DNA of 64,000 nucleotides, from contig CP068257.2 in NCBI GenBank assembly GCA_009914755.4, positions 10,560,001 through 10,624,000 of the forward strand, in the 5' to 3' direction. Positions 17,701 to 30,744 of the stretch are shown here, piece by piece. The first letter of the stretch is position 1. Each line of letters begins with the position of its first letter. This DNA comes from the human T2T-CHM13v2.0 reference genome, Homo sapiens. The translations under genes and the position numbers were made by a program. Under the pieces are notes generated by a model, which searched no databases, was not told the origin of the DNA, and was given only the letters and a program-made list of their open reading frames with translations.

Positions 17701-19530
17701 TGGGCTCACTGGGCTGTTTCTCAGGGTAAGGGTGTGTGCAGGCATAGAGTGGGTCAGAAAACTTGGAGTATGGCTTTATGCCGCTGGCCATGGTGCCATC
17801 ACTCTAGCCAGAAGCATGGGGATGCAGTTGCTCAACCAGGGCATGACTTCCAGATGTGCTTTGCAGGACAGTTTCTCAGGCCCAGGATGCAGGCACACAG
17901 CTGTTTGCCTGGCCTGGAAGCATGCACTCCAGGAGTGGCCTGAAGGGCTGTTTCCCATAACTGGTATGTGGGTACACAGCTGCTCATCTGGCCTGGGGCC
18001 AGTCTGCTGGGGGAAACTCATGGACCAAATATATAGGTGCATAGCTGCTAAGCTGGACTGAAGGTATCTTTGCCAGGGCTGGCCAAGAGGGGTGTTTCTC
18101 AGGCCTGGGATACAGTCAAATGACTTCTCAGCTGTCCTGGATATGTGTCTGCTGGGGGTAGTCCATAGAGCTATTCTAGCTCAGGATGTGTGCACACTGC
18201 TGCTCAGCTGGCCTGGGTGGTGCCTGCCAGGGGAAGCCCTGGGGACTACTTCTGTGAGCCAGGATGTGGACACGAGGCTGCTCGGCTGGCCTAAGGGCAT
18301 GTCTTCTGGGAGTAGCCCATGGAGCTCTTTCTTAGGTCCAGGACATGGGCATTCATGGCTGATTGGCTGGTCTGGAGGTGCATCTGCTGGGAATGGATAC
18401 AGGACTATTTCTCAGGCTCACCCAAGGTTGCACAGCTGCTTAGTTGGCCTGGGAGTGTTTCTGTGTGGGGTGGCCTAAAGGGCTGTTCCTCAAGCTGGGA
18501 CACAGGTATATGGCTGCTTAGTTGGCCTGAGTAAGCTCCCAGGGTTGTTTCTCGGCCCTGAGACTTGGGCATACACAGTTGCTTGTCTCTCAGGTCTGAG
18601 ATACAGGTGCAAGGCCCACTCGGTGGTGTGCCTGCTGGGGGCAGCCTGTGGGACTGTTTCTCAGGCCCTTATTAAAAGCAGAGGGCTACTGGGCACGCCA
18701 GGAGCATGTCTGTGGTTGATGGGGCCCGCAAGGCTGTTTCTCAGGTCCTGAGCATGGGCTCATAGTCACTCTGTTGACCTGTGGGTGTATCAGCTGCTCA
18801 GAGGCTTAGGGGCCTCTCCCACTTGGGAGAGGGCATGTAGTGGTTTGGCTGTCTTAAGAGTGAATTTACCCTGGATGGGACTGCAGATTATTCCTCTGTC
18901 TGGAAGTGTGGTGGTGGGGGTTGATTTCCCTGCTCTGCATTACTTGAGTTACAGCCAGTCCTGGGACCAACCTCCACACAGCTGGGATTGTGGCTTTAAC
19001 CCACCCATGTGGGCTTGGTGTACTGAAGATAAAGCTCCAGTGCTGGAGAGGCACAGTGGCTACTGGCCCCCAGAGGAGGGCACACTCAAGAGATGACTCT
19101 GTTCTCCAGATGGTGCTGTGTTGCTGCAGCTTAAGCCTCTGGGGGTGGGAAGTCTTCACCTTGTACTCCTAGTCCAGGACATGCAGCTGTGTCAATTCTT
19201 GGCAATACTCCAAACTGGCCTGAGGGCTTGCAAAGACTGTGAGATTCTCCTGTTGTAAAGACTTTGTGTTTGTGATGGCAGTGGGGCTGGTGGGGATCTT
19301 CTGCCTACCTTCACCCTGCAATGAGAAGTCCCTCCTGTCTCTGGGCCAATTCAATCCAGATGGGGCAGAAGGGGCTGCACAGGCTGAGTGCTTCCATGCT
19401 GTGGCAACTTTCAGTCACCACAGATGTGTCTCCACTCCTTTGCTGCACTCCAGGACTATCCCTTTGATACTCTAATCAAATCTCAGATGTGTATTTCTTG
19501 CCTCGGTTCTTTCTTGTAGGGGAGATGAGC
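14790..19530 (-). mobile_element. Composite antisense L1: ORF2 and ORF1 fragments, an inverted 3'-end piece at 15290-15620, and the 5' region containing the 80-bp array.
   Basis: Minus-strand ORFs 14794..14997, 15728..15976, 15918..16175 and 16980..17198 match the L1 ORF2 endonuclease region and ORF1. The 15282-15620 stretch is the antisense of the L1 3' end. Confidence 0.7.
17640..18790. repeat. Tandem array of about 14 units of roughly 80 bp (motif ...ctgtttctcaggcc...ggcctgg...). Stop-free on several frames. It abuts an antisense L1 ORF1 and may be a monomeric L1 5'UTR or an independent minisatellite.
   Basis: gtttctcagg recurs at about 17718, 17870, 18095, 18405, 18545, 18655 and 18735. 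Adjacent 80-bp blocks align with each other. Confidence 0.6.
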
Positions 19531-20500
19531 ACCAGACATCTCTAGTCACCCATCTTGCTTGATTTAGCATAATTCGCACGGGCCCCAGGATTTTCAGAAT
19601 AGTCAATGATTGTTGGCTTCAACTTAAAGTCACCAGCTTCATTAGCCCCTAACAAGAGAATTGGCCTGTGCTTTGAAGATTTGAAACCATGCGTTGACTT
19701 CTCCTCTCTAAATATAAAAGTCCTAGATGGCATCTTCTTCCAATAAAAGGCTATCTTGTCTACATTGAAAATGTGTTGTTTAGTTTGGCCACATTCATCA
19801 GTTATCTCACCTAGATCTTCTGGATAACTTGCTGCTGCTTCTGCATCGGCACTGGCTGTTTACCTTGCACTTTTATGTGATGGAGATGGCTTCTTTCCTT
19901 AAACCTCATGAACAAACCTTTTAGCGTCAAGCTTTTCTTCTGTAGCTTCCTTACCTCTCCCAGGCTTCACTGAATCAAAGAGAGTGAGGGCCTTGTCCTG
20001 GATTACGCTTTGGCTTAAGGGAATGCTGTGGCCGGTTTGATCCTTTATCCAGACCACTACAACATTCTCCATATTAGCAATCAGACTGTTTTGCTTTCTC
20101 AACATTTGTATGTTCACTGGAGTAGCAGTCTTAATTTTCTTCAAGAAGTTTTTTGACTTTTCTGTTTTGTTTTGTTTTTGTTTTTGTTTTACATTCACAA
20201 CTTGGCTGAAGTGGTGCAAGAAGTCTAGCCTTCCTCACAATCATTTCTAGCTTTTGGTTTAAAGTGAGAGACATGTGACTCTTCCCTTCACTAGGACACT
20301 CAGAGACCATCATAGGCTTACTAAATGGCTTACTTTCAATATTGTTGTGTCTCAGGGAATAGGGAGGCCCAAGGAGAAGGAGAGAGATGGGGGAATGGCT
20401 AGTCAGTGGAGCAGTCACAACAAACATGTCATTGATTAGGCTTGTCATCTTAATATGGACATGGTTCGTGTTGCCCCAAAACAATTACAATAGTAACATC
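19530..20500 (-). mobile_element. Tigger1-like (pogo/CENP-B family) DNA transposon fragment.
   Basis: Minus-strand ORFs 19899..20219 and 20131..20484 match the Tigger transposase N-terminus ([46 protein letters not shown]). Confidence 0.75.
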
Positions 20501-20689
20501 AAAGATCACTGATCACATATCACCATAACAGATATGATAATAAAAAGTTTGGAATACTGCAAGAATTATTAAAATGTGACAAGAGACACAAAGTGAGAAC
20601 ACGCTGTTGGAAAAATAAAACCAGGAGACTTGCTCAATGTAGGGTTGCTACAAACCTTCAGTTTACAAAAAAGTAATATCTGAGGGGCA

Positions 20690-21110
20690 ATAAAATAAAG
20701 CACAATAAAACAAGATATACCTGCATATACACACACATATATGTATATATAAACTATATATGTGTATATATACATATATATGCTAAAGGATATATACATA
20801 TATGTTTACATATATATACACAGATGCTCATATATATATTAAAGGATATATACATGACTACTGATGTTATTTGGGTTAGTGCTAAAGAATATATCTATAT
20901 ATAGATATGTATATATAGATATATATACACACATTTAAATATGCACATATGTAGACATGTATATAGATATGTGTATCTATATCTATATACACACAAATAC
21001 ATATTTATATATCTATATATATTACATATATAGCTAAAAGATATATCTGTATATATACACACACACACATATACATGTGTGTTATATGTGTGTGTGTGTG
21101 TGTAGATAGA
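20690..21110. repeat. AT/CA-rich purine-pyrimidine simple-repeat block, about 420 bp, at the proximal edge of the macrosatellite.
   Basis: (TATA)/(CACA)/(TGTG) runs, including gtgtgtgtgtgtgtgtag at about 21085. Confidence 0.8.
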
Positions 21111-22065
21111 TCCTTTAGCACTGACCCAAATTAATAATGTCAGTAGTTTTCAATGACACCACCATTGAAAGGTGAGTTATATCAAATATATATCAAATTA
21201 GTGAAAGACTACTGATGTCATTTTATCCGGGCCAGTGCTAACGATTAAAAATGTACACTTCAGGTCAAGTGACTTCAGAGACATACTTTTCTGGTTGAAA
21301 TTATGTACATTTGCTCTACATTTATAAACTGGCTGAATCCTCAAAATGTGTATGTCAATGATTTGGAATCTACTATTAATATATCATTTTTTCCTAGAAG
21401 AAAACCTTATATTATGTAAAGGTGCTCCTGGGCCTTAACAAACAAACTAATGAATCACAATTTAAGTGCAGTTCTGTATTACTTCATTTGTGAATGAATT
21501 TTACCAATCTTAATATATGCCTCTCTTCTTTCTCTCCGTATTTTGAAATTTCACCCATCATTGATGACTCTACCACACATTACTCTTTTTAATTCAATGA
21601 GGTAATAGCTAAAGGATTAAAAATGAACATAGCAAGACTCCACATGTTATCCTAGACTTAATTTTCTGACACAAATTAGCAATAATTATTCCACAATTTA
21701 TAATCTAGTTCCCCTGAAAAACGGACATTAATCAGTTATTTATTTGAAACATGGTATTTAATTTTTCTCTGGAAACGAGGTTTTAGATGTTTGTAATGAA
21801 ATTTTTCGGCCTGTGAAAAAAACTTAATGAATCAAGTTTATATACATTTCTTTACTCCTAAACCTAATCCCCAAGTTACTGTTTCTGGCAAAATTTACAT
21901 AAAATCAACTTCAGTTTGTAAACACCCACCTTGCTCGCCCTTGTAATTTTCTGCCTTCTCATGTTCAAATACCTCCAGTAACTCTTCACCAATCATGGAT
22001 GTCTTTCCTGCCCCTCAGATAGGGTTAAGTAACTACAGACCCAATGCAGGGCCTCCATACAATCT

Positions 22066-22340
<275 letters not shown>

Positions 22341-23356
22341 TACAATAATAATAGAAATACATTTTAATTCGCCCATGCCTCCAACGTCCTATAAAATAAA
22401 TTCTTTTAAAAATTTATTTATTGGCTTAAAAATCAATACTACATACAAAACTCACATGCTATTGCTTAATGAGCAACTACAGAATTCTCACCTAGATGTT
22501 TCCTTAATCAGCCACTGATTAAACACAATCCTTTTATTCCTTCTGTAAAATCTCATTTTGCAAGGTTTCTTGAGCATTACACTATAATTAACTTGAATCA
22601 GGTTTTCCATATTACTTACACCTTTATGATTTATTTCCAGGAGAGGTTTTCACATGACTGGGAAAACCCTCCACCACCTCCTTCCTTTCACTGATCATGC
22701 TAGTCTCTCCTGCCCATGAGACACAGTGAAGTACCCGCACACCTGAGGAAAGCGGCATCCAATGAGGTGGTGGGTTTGGGCTGGGTCTAGGCACCAACCT
22801 CACATGTGGACAGAGCTCTCGAGTGTGTGGGACAAGTCCATGTTCCATTAGCTCCATTCTTTTTTTCCCAGGGCTTCACTACTCCTTATTGGCTGCTATC
22901 TCCTCCATGTTGCAAATAGGATTCTCTCCTTTCTTGGAACACTATGGTAGGGTCTCAAACTCAGGAAACCTGAATCCCTTAAAAAATTGCCTACCAGAAA
23001 TTGAGGGTGACAAATACACTAACAGGAAGAAGCAGCTCTCCTACGAACTGACCTCCTTATACAACTCCATCAAAAAAAGGTGCAAAGTTATCTACAAATG
23101 CTACAATGAGAAGAATTGGAAACCCTGTTAAAAAACACTCTGTATGGCCATGCAGGCTCCTGAGAGTAAATTCCACAAATGTCCATCTGTCTCCGTGTTT
23201 TGTGTTTCCATTTTGTGCATGGGTTTGTTTGTGTAAATGTGTTGACAAAAGTGTGTATGGATGAAGATGGATGGATATATTTGTGTATGTGCTTGGTGTG
23301 TGTATAGCTCTATGCACTCTTATGCATACGTGTGTCTTCATGTATTTATAACTCAC

Positions 23357-23410
23357 CTTTCACTGATAGGTGACACCCGGGCTGCTCCTTTAAATTCACT
23401 TGTGTGTGGG
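23357..23410 (-). CDS. TPTE: TPTE exon encoding (S)PHTSEFKGAARVSPISE(S); 54 nt.
   Basis: Minus-strand translation C CCA CAC ACA AGT GAA TTT AAA GGA GCA GCC CGG GTG TCA CCT ATC AGT GAA AG. Acceptor ttttatcatcctctag, donor gtgagtta. An Alu insertion with target-site duplication starts 28 nt away. Confidence 0.75.
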
Positions 23411-23438
23411 CTAGAGGATGATAAAAGAATACAGTCAG

Positions 23439-23724
<286 letters not shown>

Positions 23725-24120
23725 AGAATACAGTCAGATAGGAGACGCGATTCTAAATTTACTTTTTTGGAAAATTAGCTTTTATTACTCTAGACAGAAA
23801 CCAATGAATTCCTATCAGAAATCTGAGTCCCATAAAAAAACTGCTTAGTAGGAACTAAGGGTGGCAAATACATTACAGGAAGAAGCAAATCTCCTACGAC
23901 CTGCTCCTTTTTATAGAGCTCCACCAAAGAAGGATGCAAAGTTACTAACAAATGCTACAATGAGACGAATTGGAAACTCTGTTAAAAAAAAAAAATCTCT
24001 ATGGCCATGCAGGCTCCTGAGAGTAAATTCCACAAATGTCCACCAGTCTCCTTTCTCTTTGGTCTATGTTTCCATCATGTGCATGGATTAGTTTGTGTAA
24101 GTGTGTTGAAGAGACGTGTG

Positions 24121-24215
24121 GATGGATGGATGAATGGATGGATGGATGAATGGATGGATGGATGGATGGATGGATGAATGGATGGATGGATGGATGGATG
24201 GATGGATGGGGTATA
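24121..24215. repeat. (GGAT)n tetranucleotide repeat inside a macrosatellite unit.
   Basis: ggatggatggatgaatggatggatggatgaatggatgg... Confidence 0.9.
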
Positions 24216-24291
24216 CTTGCTCATGTGCCTGTGTGTGTATAGTTCTATGCACACTTATGCTGACGGGTGACTTTAACTATTTATTGCTCAC

Positions 24292-24345
24292 CTTTCTTTC
24301 GCAGGTGCCTCCTCGGTTGCTCCTTTAAATTCACTTGTCTGTGGA
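24292..24345 (-). CDS. TPTE: TPTE exon encoding (S)[17 protein letters not shown](S); 54 nt.
   Basis: Minus-strand translation T CCA CAG ACA AGT GAA TTT AAA GGA GCA ACC GAG GAG GCA CCT GCG AAA GAA AG. Acceptor catccactag, donor gtgagcaa. Confidence 0.75.
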
Positions 24346-25247
24346 CTAGTGGATGATAAGAGAAAACAGTCAGAGAGGAGACATAATTCTGAATTTATAT
24401 TTTGGAAAAATTACCTTTCATTACTCTAGACAGAAACCAATTAATTTCTGACTATTCATGTGTATAGTACTACTGGAACCTGGAATGTCTTTTCCTCTTT
24501 ATTAGCAATGAGGATTTATATGGCGACAACCAAAATCTTAGGCGGGGGAAAATAGTAATGCTTCCCGATTTAAGTAAACCTCTTTATTATGACCTCAGTC
24601 CCAATGTGTGACAGACTTTGTGGTGGTAGTTATTTCAAACTCAACTCCAATTTGTAGGTAGTCAGCCCTCTTATTCCATTCAATGTCCTGCTTAAAAGGC
24701 CCTCCATTAGCTCCTTATGTTCACCCAGCATGGTGGTTTCTCATGTCCCACAAAAAGGGTCAGGTAACTAGAGGTCTGACACAGGGGCACAATCCAATAG
24801 GATGGTGATTTTAGGTTTGGAGCACCAGCCTCTGTGGTGGCAGGGTTCTGGAGGGTGGTGAACACCTCCAAGGCTCATAGCTCTGTTGCTTTCTGCTGAA
24901 GGCTTCACAGTTCCCCAAGTACTCCTACCTCCTCCTCACTCCAAACAGGATTCTCTCTTCCCTGGGCCTACTCTGGTATGTCTGGTACACAGAAAATCTG
25001 CTTTTCCAAAGCATTTGCCTGCTACTTACTAAGGGTGACAAGACAGTAACAGATGGAAGCCTCTCTCTCTAGTCAGTTTCTTTTTTTCTAAACAATATAA
25101 AAATGTGGAAGTTATCTATACATGATACAGGGAGATGATAAAGAACCTGTGTCAAAGAAACACTGTATTATCAGGAACACATCTGAGAGTTAATCCCACT
25201 AATCTCGGTCTCTTTCTCTGTCACTGTTTTGTGTGTGTGTGTGTGCA

Positions 25248-25550
25248 TCTTTTTTTTTTTTCATTTTTGCAACAGTTTCGCTCCTGCTGCCCAGGGTGGA
25301 ATGCAGCGGCATGTTCTCAGCTCACTGCAAACTCCACTTCCCCAGGTTCAATCGATTCTCCTGCCTCAGTCTCCTGAGTAGCTGGGATTAGAGGCACCTG
25401 CCACCACACCTGGCTAGTTCTTGTAGTTTTAGTAGAGACAGGGTTTCACGATGTTTGCCAGCCTGGTCTCGAACACCCGACCTCAGGGTATCGGCCTGCT
25501 TCAGCCTCCCAAAGTGCTCAGATTACAGGTGTGAACCATTGCACCTGGTC
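25248..25550 (-). mobile_element. Alu (antisense), 25 nt from the TPTE exon at 25575.
   Basis: Poly-T leader; antisense Alu consensus. Confidence 0.9.
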
Positions 25551-25574
25551 ATGTGTACATCTTTTATAACTCAC

Positions 25575-25628
25575 CTGTCATTGGGGCCGAGCTCAATGAT
25601 GACTCCCGCCAGGTCAGTCGGATCAGGA
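25575..25628 (-). CDS. TPTE: TPTE exon encoding (S)[17 protein letters not shown](S); 54 nt, phase 1 at both ends.
   Basis: Minus-strand translation T CCT GAT CCG ACT GAC CTG GCG GGA GTC ATC ATT GAG CTC GGC CCC AAT GAC AG. Acceptor tcctttag, donor gtgagtta. Exact match to TPTE residues 4-22 as I remember them. Confidence 0.75.
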
Positions 25629-26612
25629 CTAAAGGACAAATATGGTCAGAGTCAGACCCAATGCGTAATTCTAATGTTTTGCAACAAATAGCTACAGTTA
25701 GTCTATGTGTCATTCCCCAGTTACACTTTTATTATTCACATGTATGTATATCACTAAATTGACCTGGGATGGCATTTGTCTTTTTATTAGAAATGAGGTT
25801 TCATATGCCAACAGTGAGCATTTTAGGCTGTGACCATAGCGATGCATGCAGATTAAGTAAGGGTATCTACACCTCAAGGTGTAACAGCATTTTTGGAGAG
25901 CATTTAATTCTAGTTCAAATTTAGTTCCTGAGTCTCCCTTCTTATAATCCCATTTGAGTTCCTCATTCTCTATCACCTCCAATCACCTCCTCACTTTTCA
26001 CCCATCCTAGTTGTCTCTCCTGCCCAAGAGTTGCGGCCAAGTAGCTGGAGGCCTCAAGCAAGGGCTCCATCCCATGTGAGAGTGGGTATGGGCAAAGGCA
26101 GTCAGCCTCACATAACGGTAGAGCTCTGGAGGGGGTGAAATAATTCCAGGGTTATTAGCTCTGTTCTTTGTTTTGGCTGGGATTTCTCTGATCTTTGTCC
26201 ACTCCTATCTCCTTCTCCCTGCAAGCAGGATTCGCTTCTCCCTTGGTTCATGCTACTAGGAAAGTCTCATTCTCACAGAAAGGTAATGTGACAAACACTA
26301 ACATAAAAAGCCTCCCTCTATGAGTTCCTCCCCATTTTCCTACCTCCATCCAAAAAACAAAACAATATTGCATACAAAGCTCATTCTGAGAGGACTCTAG
26401 AAATAGTTTCAAGGGAACTCCTTGTTCCCATGGATGCCTGTCACACTCAATAGCCCTACTCAGTCTCTCTTGTGTGTACGAATGCATGTATGTATGTGTT
26501 TGTATATGCATAGACACATGTATAACTGTATTCCTTGGTATCACATGGTGCATTGGCCAGCCTACTAGAAGGTACTCTCAATTCACACACAGGGCCGTGC
26601 CAAAGAAGTTAA

Positions 26613-27010
<398 letters not shown>

Positions 27011-28005
27011 TTCCAACTACTTTTCAACCTGTAAATTGCCTTACCCTTAGAGAAGTCATGTGTGTATTTGGTTCTTTGGAATCTGCCATGCCATTTACCC
27101 TACACATCATACTTTATATGATTGCAGCACATCTATCTAAGACTCACTGACTCAAGAGTTCACCAAAACTCTGTACCACTGGAGCTGGCCAATGCACGAC
27201 AGACAGCCTTTTGTGGGTGAATTTCTTTTAAATTCAACTCCACTGGGTAGGCATTCCTCCTCCTAATCCCATCTATGGCCCACTTCCTGGATCTCTCCGT
27301 CAAGTCTTTCCTTTCACCCATCATGCTAGTCTTTCCTGTCCATGGGACACAGGCAAGTAGCTGTGGGCCTAAGGAACGGCTGCATCCAATGAGGTGGTGT
27401 GCTTGTGTTTATGTTTTAGCACCAACCTCATATGTTGACAGAGCTCTGGAGTGTGAGGGACAAGTCCATGTTCCATTAGCTCTGTTCTTTTCTGCCCAGG
27501 GCTTCACTGCTCCTTGTCAGCTGCTATCTCCTCCATGTTGCAAATAGGATTTTCTCCTCCTTTCTGTCAATCTGGTAGGCTCTCAAACTCAGGAAATCTG
27601 AGTCCTTTAAGCTGCTGCTTACTAGGAACTAACAGTGACAAATACACTAACATAGGAAGCAGCAGCTCTCTTATGACCTGCTCCTTTTTATATCACTCCG
27701 TTAGAAAAGGAAGCAATGTTACCTACAAAGGCTACTAGGAGAAGAATTGGAAATCCTGTTAAAAACCACTCTCTATGGCCACGCAGGCTTCCCAGAATAA
27801 ACTCCACAAATGTCCGGCCGTCTGTCTCCTTGTTGTATGTTTCCACTGTATGCATGGATTTGTTAGTGGATGTGTTTGAGAGAAGTGTGTACGGATGGAT
27901 GCATGGATGGATGGATGGATATATTTGTTTATGTGCCTGTGTCTGTGAATACTTCTATGCTCAGTTATAATTCGATAAATAAAGACACACGTACGCATAA
28001 CTCAC

Positions 28006-28059
28006 CTTTCATTCATACGTGCCTCTGGGTTCACTCCTGATAATTCATTTGTGGGTGGA
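28006..28059 (-). CDS. TPTE: TPTE-family exon with the start codon: TCCACCC...CACGT ATG AAT GAA AG then gtgagt (Met-Asn-Glu + split Ser). Acceptor cctctag at 28060-28061.
   Basis: Minus-strand sequence read directly. The encoded MNE(S) is the N-terminus of TPTE as I remember the protein. There is a canonical AG acceptor and GTGAGT donor, and the exon is 54 nt like the following cassette exons. Confidence 0.6.
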
Positions 28060-28985
28060 CTAGAGGATGTCAAAAGAATATAGTCAGACAGGAGACACAA
28101 TTCAAAATTTACTTTTCTGGTAAAACTAGCTTTCATTAATCTGCACATAAACCAGTTAAGTTCTGACTATTCATGTGTATAGCACTATTTGGTTCTGAAA
28201 TGTCATTTTTTAATTAAAAAGGAGGATTTATATGATGGCAACCAACATCTTAGGCTGGGGAAAATAGTAATGCTTTCAGATTTAAATAAACCTCTTTATT
28301 ATGACCTCAGTCCCAATGCGTGACAGCCTTTGTGGTGGCAGTTATTTCAAACTAAACTTTTGTGTGGAGGTAGTCAGCCCTCTTATTCCACTAAATGTGC
28401 TGCCTCGAAAGCCCTCCATTACTTCTTCACTTGATTGTCTCTGTTGGTCCACAAGTACGGTAAAGTAACTGCAGGTCTGAGTCAAGCACACAATCCAATA
28501 TGATGGTATTTGGGGTTTTGAGTACCACCCTGTATTGTGGCAGAGTTCTGCAGGGTCAAAAACATTTCTAGGGTTGTTAGCTTTTTTCTCTTCTCCTGAG
28601 GTCTTCACTACTCTCCGTCCCTGCTGTCCTTTCCTGTTTCCAAAGAGGATTCTCTGCTGTCCTCAGCCATTATAGTAAGGTCTCACATATAGGCAGTCTG
28701 AAAATTAGTTTTTATTTTTACTCAAGAGTATCAAACAGACTAGTAAGAAAAATCATTCTTCTTTTTATGTGGTCATCTTTTATCTAAATTCATTCAAGAC
28801 ATAAAGTCACCTTCATATCCTATAGTGAGATCATGCAGACACATGTGTCAAAGTTTTTTGTTTTTCCATTAATGCCCTTGAATGGGAACTTCCCTAATCT
28901 CAACCTTTATATTTCTCTGCTGTACCTGTGGGTGCATGCCTTGATTTAATATGAATGCATATAGGTATATATAAATGGTATATAA

Positions 28986-29343
<358 letters not shown>

Positions 29344-30439
29344 TCTATATTATTTCTGTCTCACAGTTCACTGACAGCTCCATTCCAGGGTACTGATTTG
29401 AATTTAGACTTGGCAGTGCTACAGAATTTAAATATATATATGTATCGTCCAACACCAATATGACATTCTGGACTTCACTTTCTGGTTTGAATTACTCACA
29501 AGCGATGTTTAGTTCTTTACAATTGAATACAGCACAAACTAAGCATTTGATGGTTTACTTTATTTCAAATTCAGCTGCAGTTTCTATATACAAATCCCCT
29601 TGACCCCATCTCATTTCCTGACACTAAAATCCCTTCATGAGTGCCTTGTTTTTGCCATTATAGGTGTCTTCTCTGCTCTCACACAGGGTCAAGAAACTGC
29701 CCCATACAATGTGATGATGGGTGTGGGCTTGTAGTGTTAGCCTCACATGGTGGTAGAGCTCTGGGTGTGAGGAACCCTGCCAGGGCCATTAGCTCTGTTT
29801 GTTTTCCCTAAGGGCCCCGCTGCTCCCTGTCCACTGCTACTCGCTTGTTGCTCTGCATAGGGTTTTCTTCCCTTGGTCCACTCTAGTATGTCTCATACAC
29901 AGGAAATCTGACTTTCCTAAGTATGTGCCTGCTACTAAGGGTGACAAGACAATAACAAGAAGTTTCCCTTTTTTGCCCTGTTCCTTTTTTATCCAATTTA
30001 ATCAAAAAGTTGGATAAGGGGCCTGCAGGGCCTATAGTTAGGAGGTTTATAAACAGTGTAAAAGACATTCTGTATGGCCATAGATGATCCTGAGCGCAAG
30101 CACATAATCTTCATCTTTCTCTCTGTCGATTCTCTCTCTCTTTTCTCTTTCTCTCCCTTTCTCTCTCTCCCTGTGTTTGTGTGTCTAGATAGACAGAAGT
30201 ATGTATATCTGCATATATATTTCTTTAAATATTTGTGTATATATATTTTATAATTCACATTTCATTGGTGGTTCTATCATAGGTCATTGATGTCAATTCT
30301 GTATGCAGGCTAAAGGAATATAAAAGTAGATAGTTGGACACACATGTAATTCTAAACTTACTTTTTGAATCAAACAGCTACAGTTACTCTACAATGTACT
30401 ATCTGGTTGACATTTAAATATTCATGTGTATATCACTAA

Positions 30440-30744
<305 letters not shown>

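Noticed and set aside
17635-19172. Cluster of 60-130-aa ORFs on both strands.
   Set aside because: A by-product of the stop-free 80-bp tandem repeat and the adjoining L1 5' region. Periodic, low-complexity translations.
19899-20484. Two minus-strand ORFs with CENP-B/pogo-like helix-turn-helix sequence.
   Set aside because: Tigger1 transposase remnants with frameshifts. Not an intact domesticated gene as far as can be seen.
22823-23131. Recurring 70-100-aa plus-strand ORFs inside macrosatellite units (also 27514-27738, 23861-24091, 27716-27970).
   Set aside because: Frames are not conserved between units. They sit antisense to the real cassette exons and arise from unit repetition.
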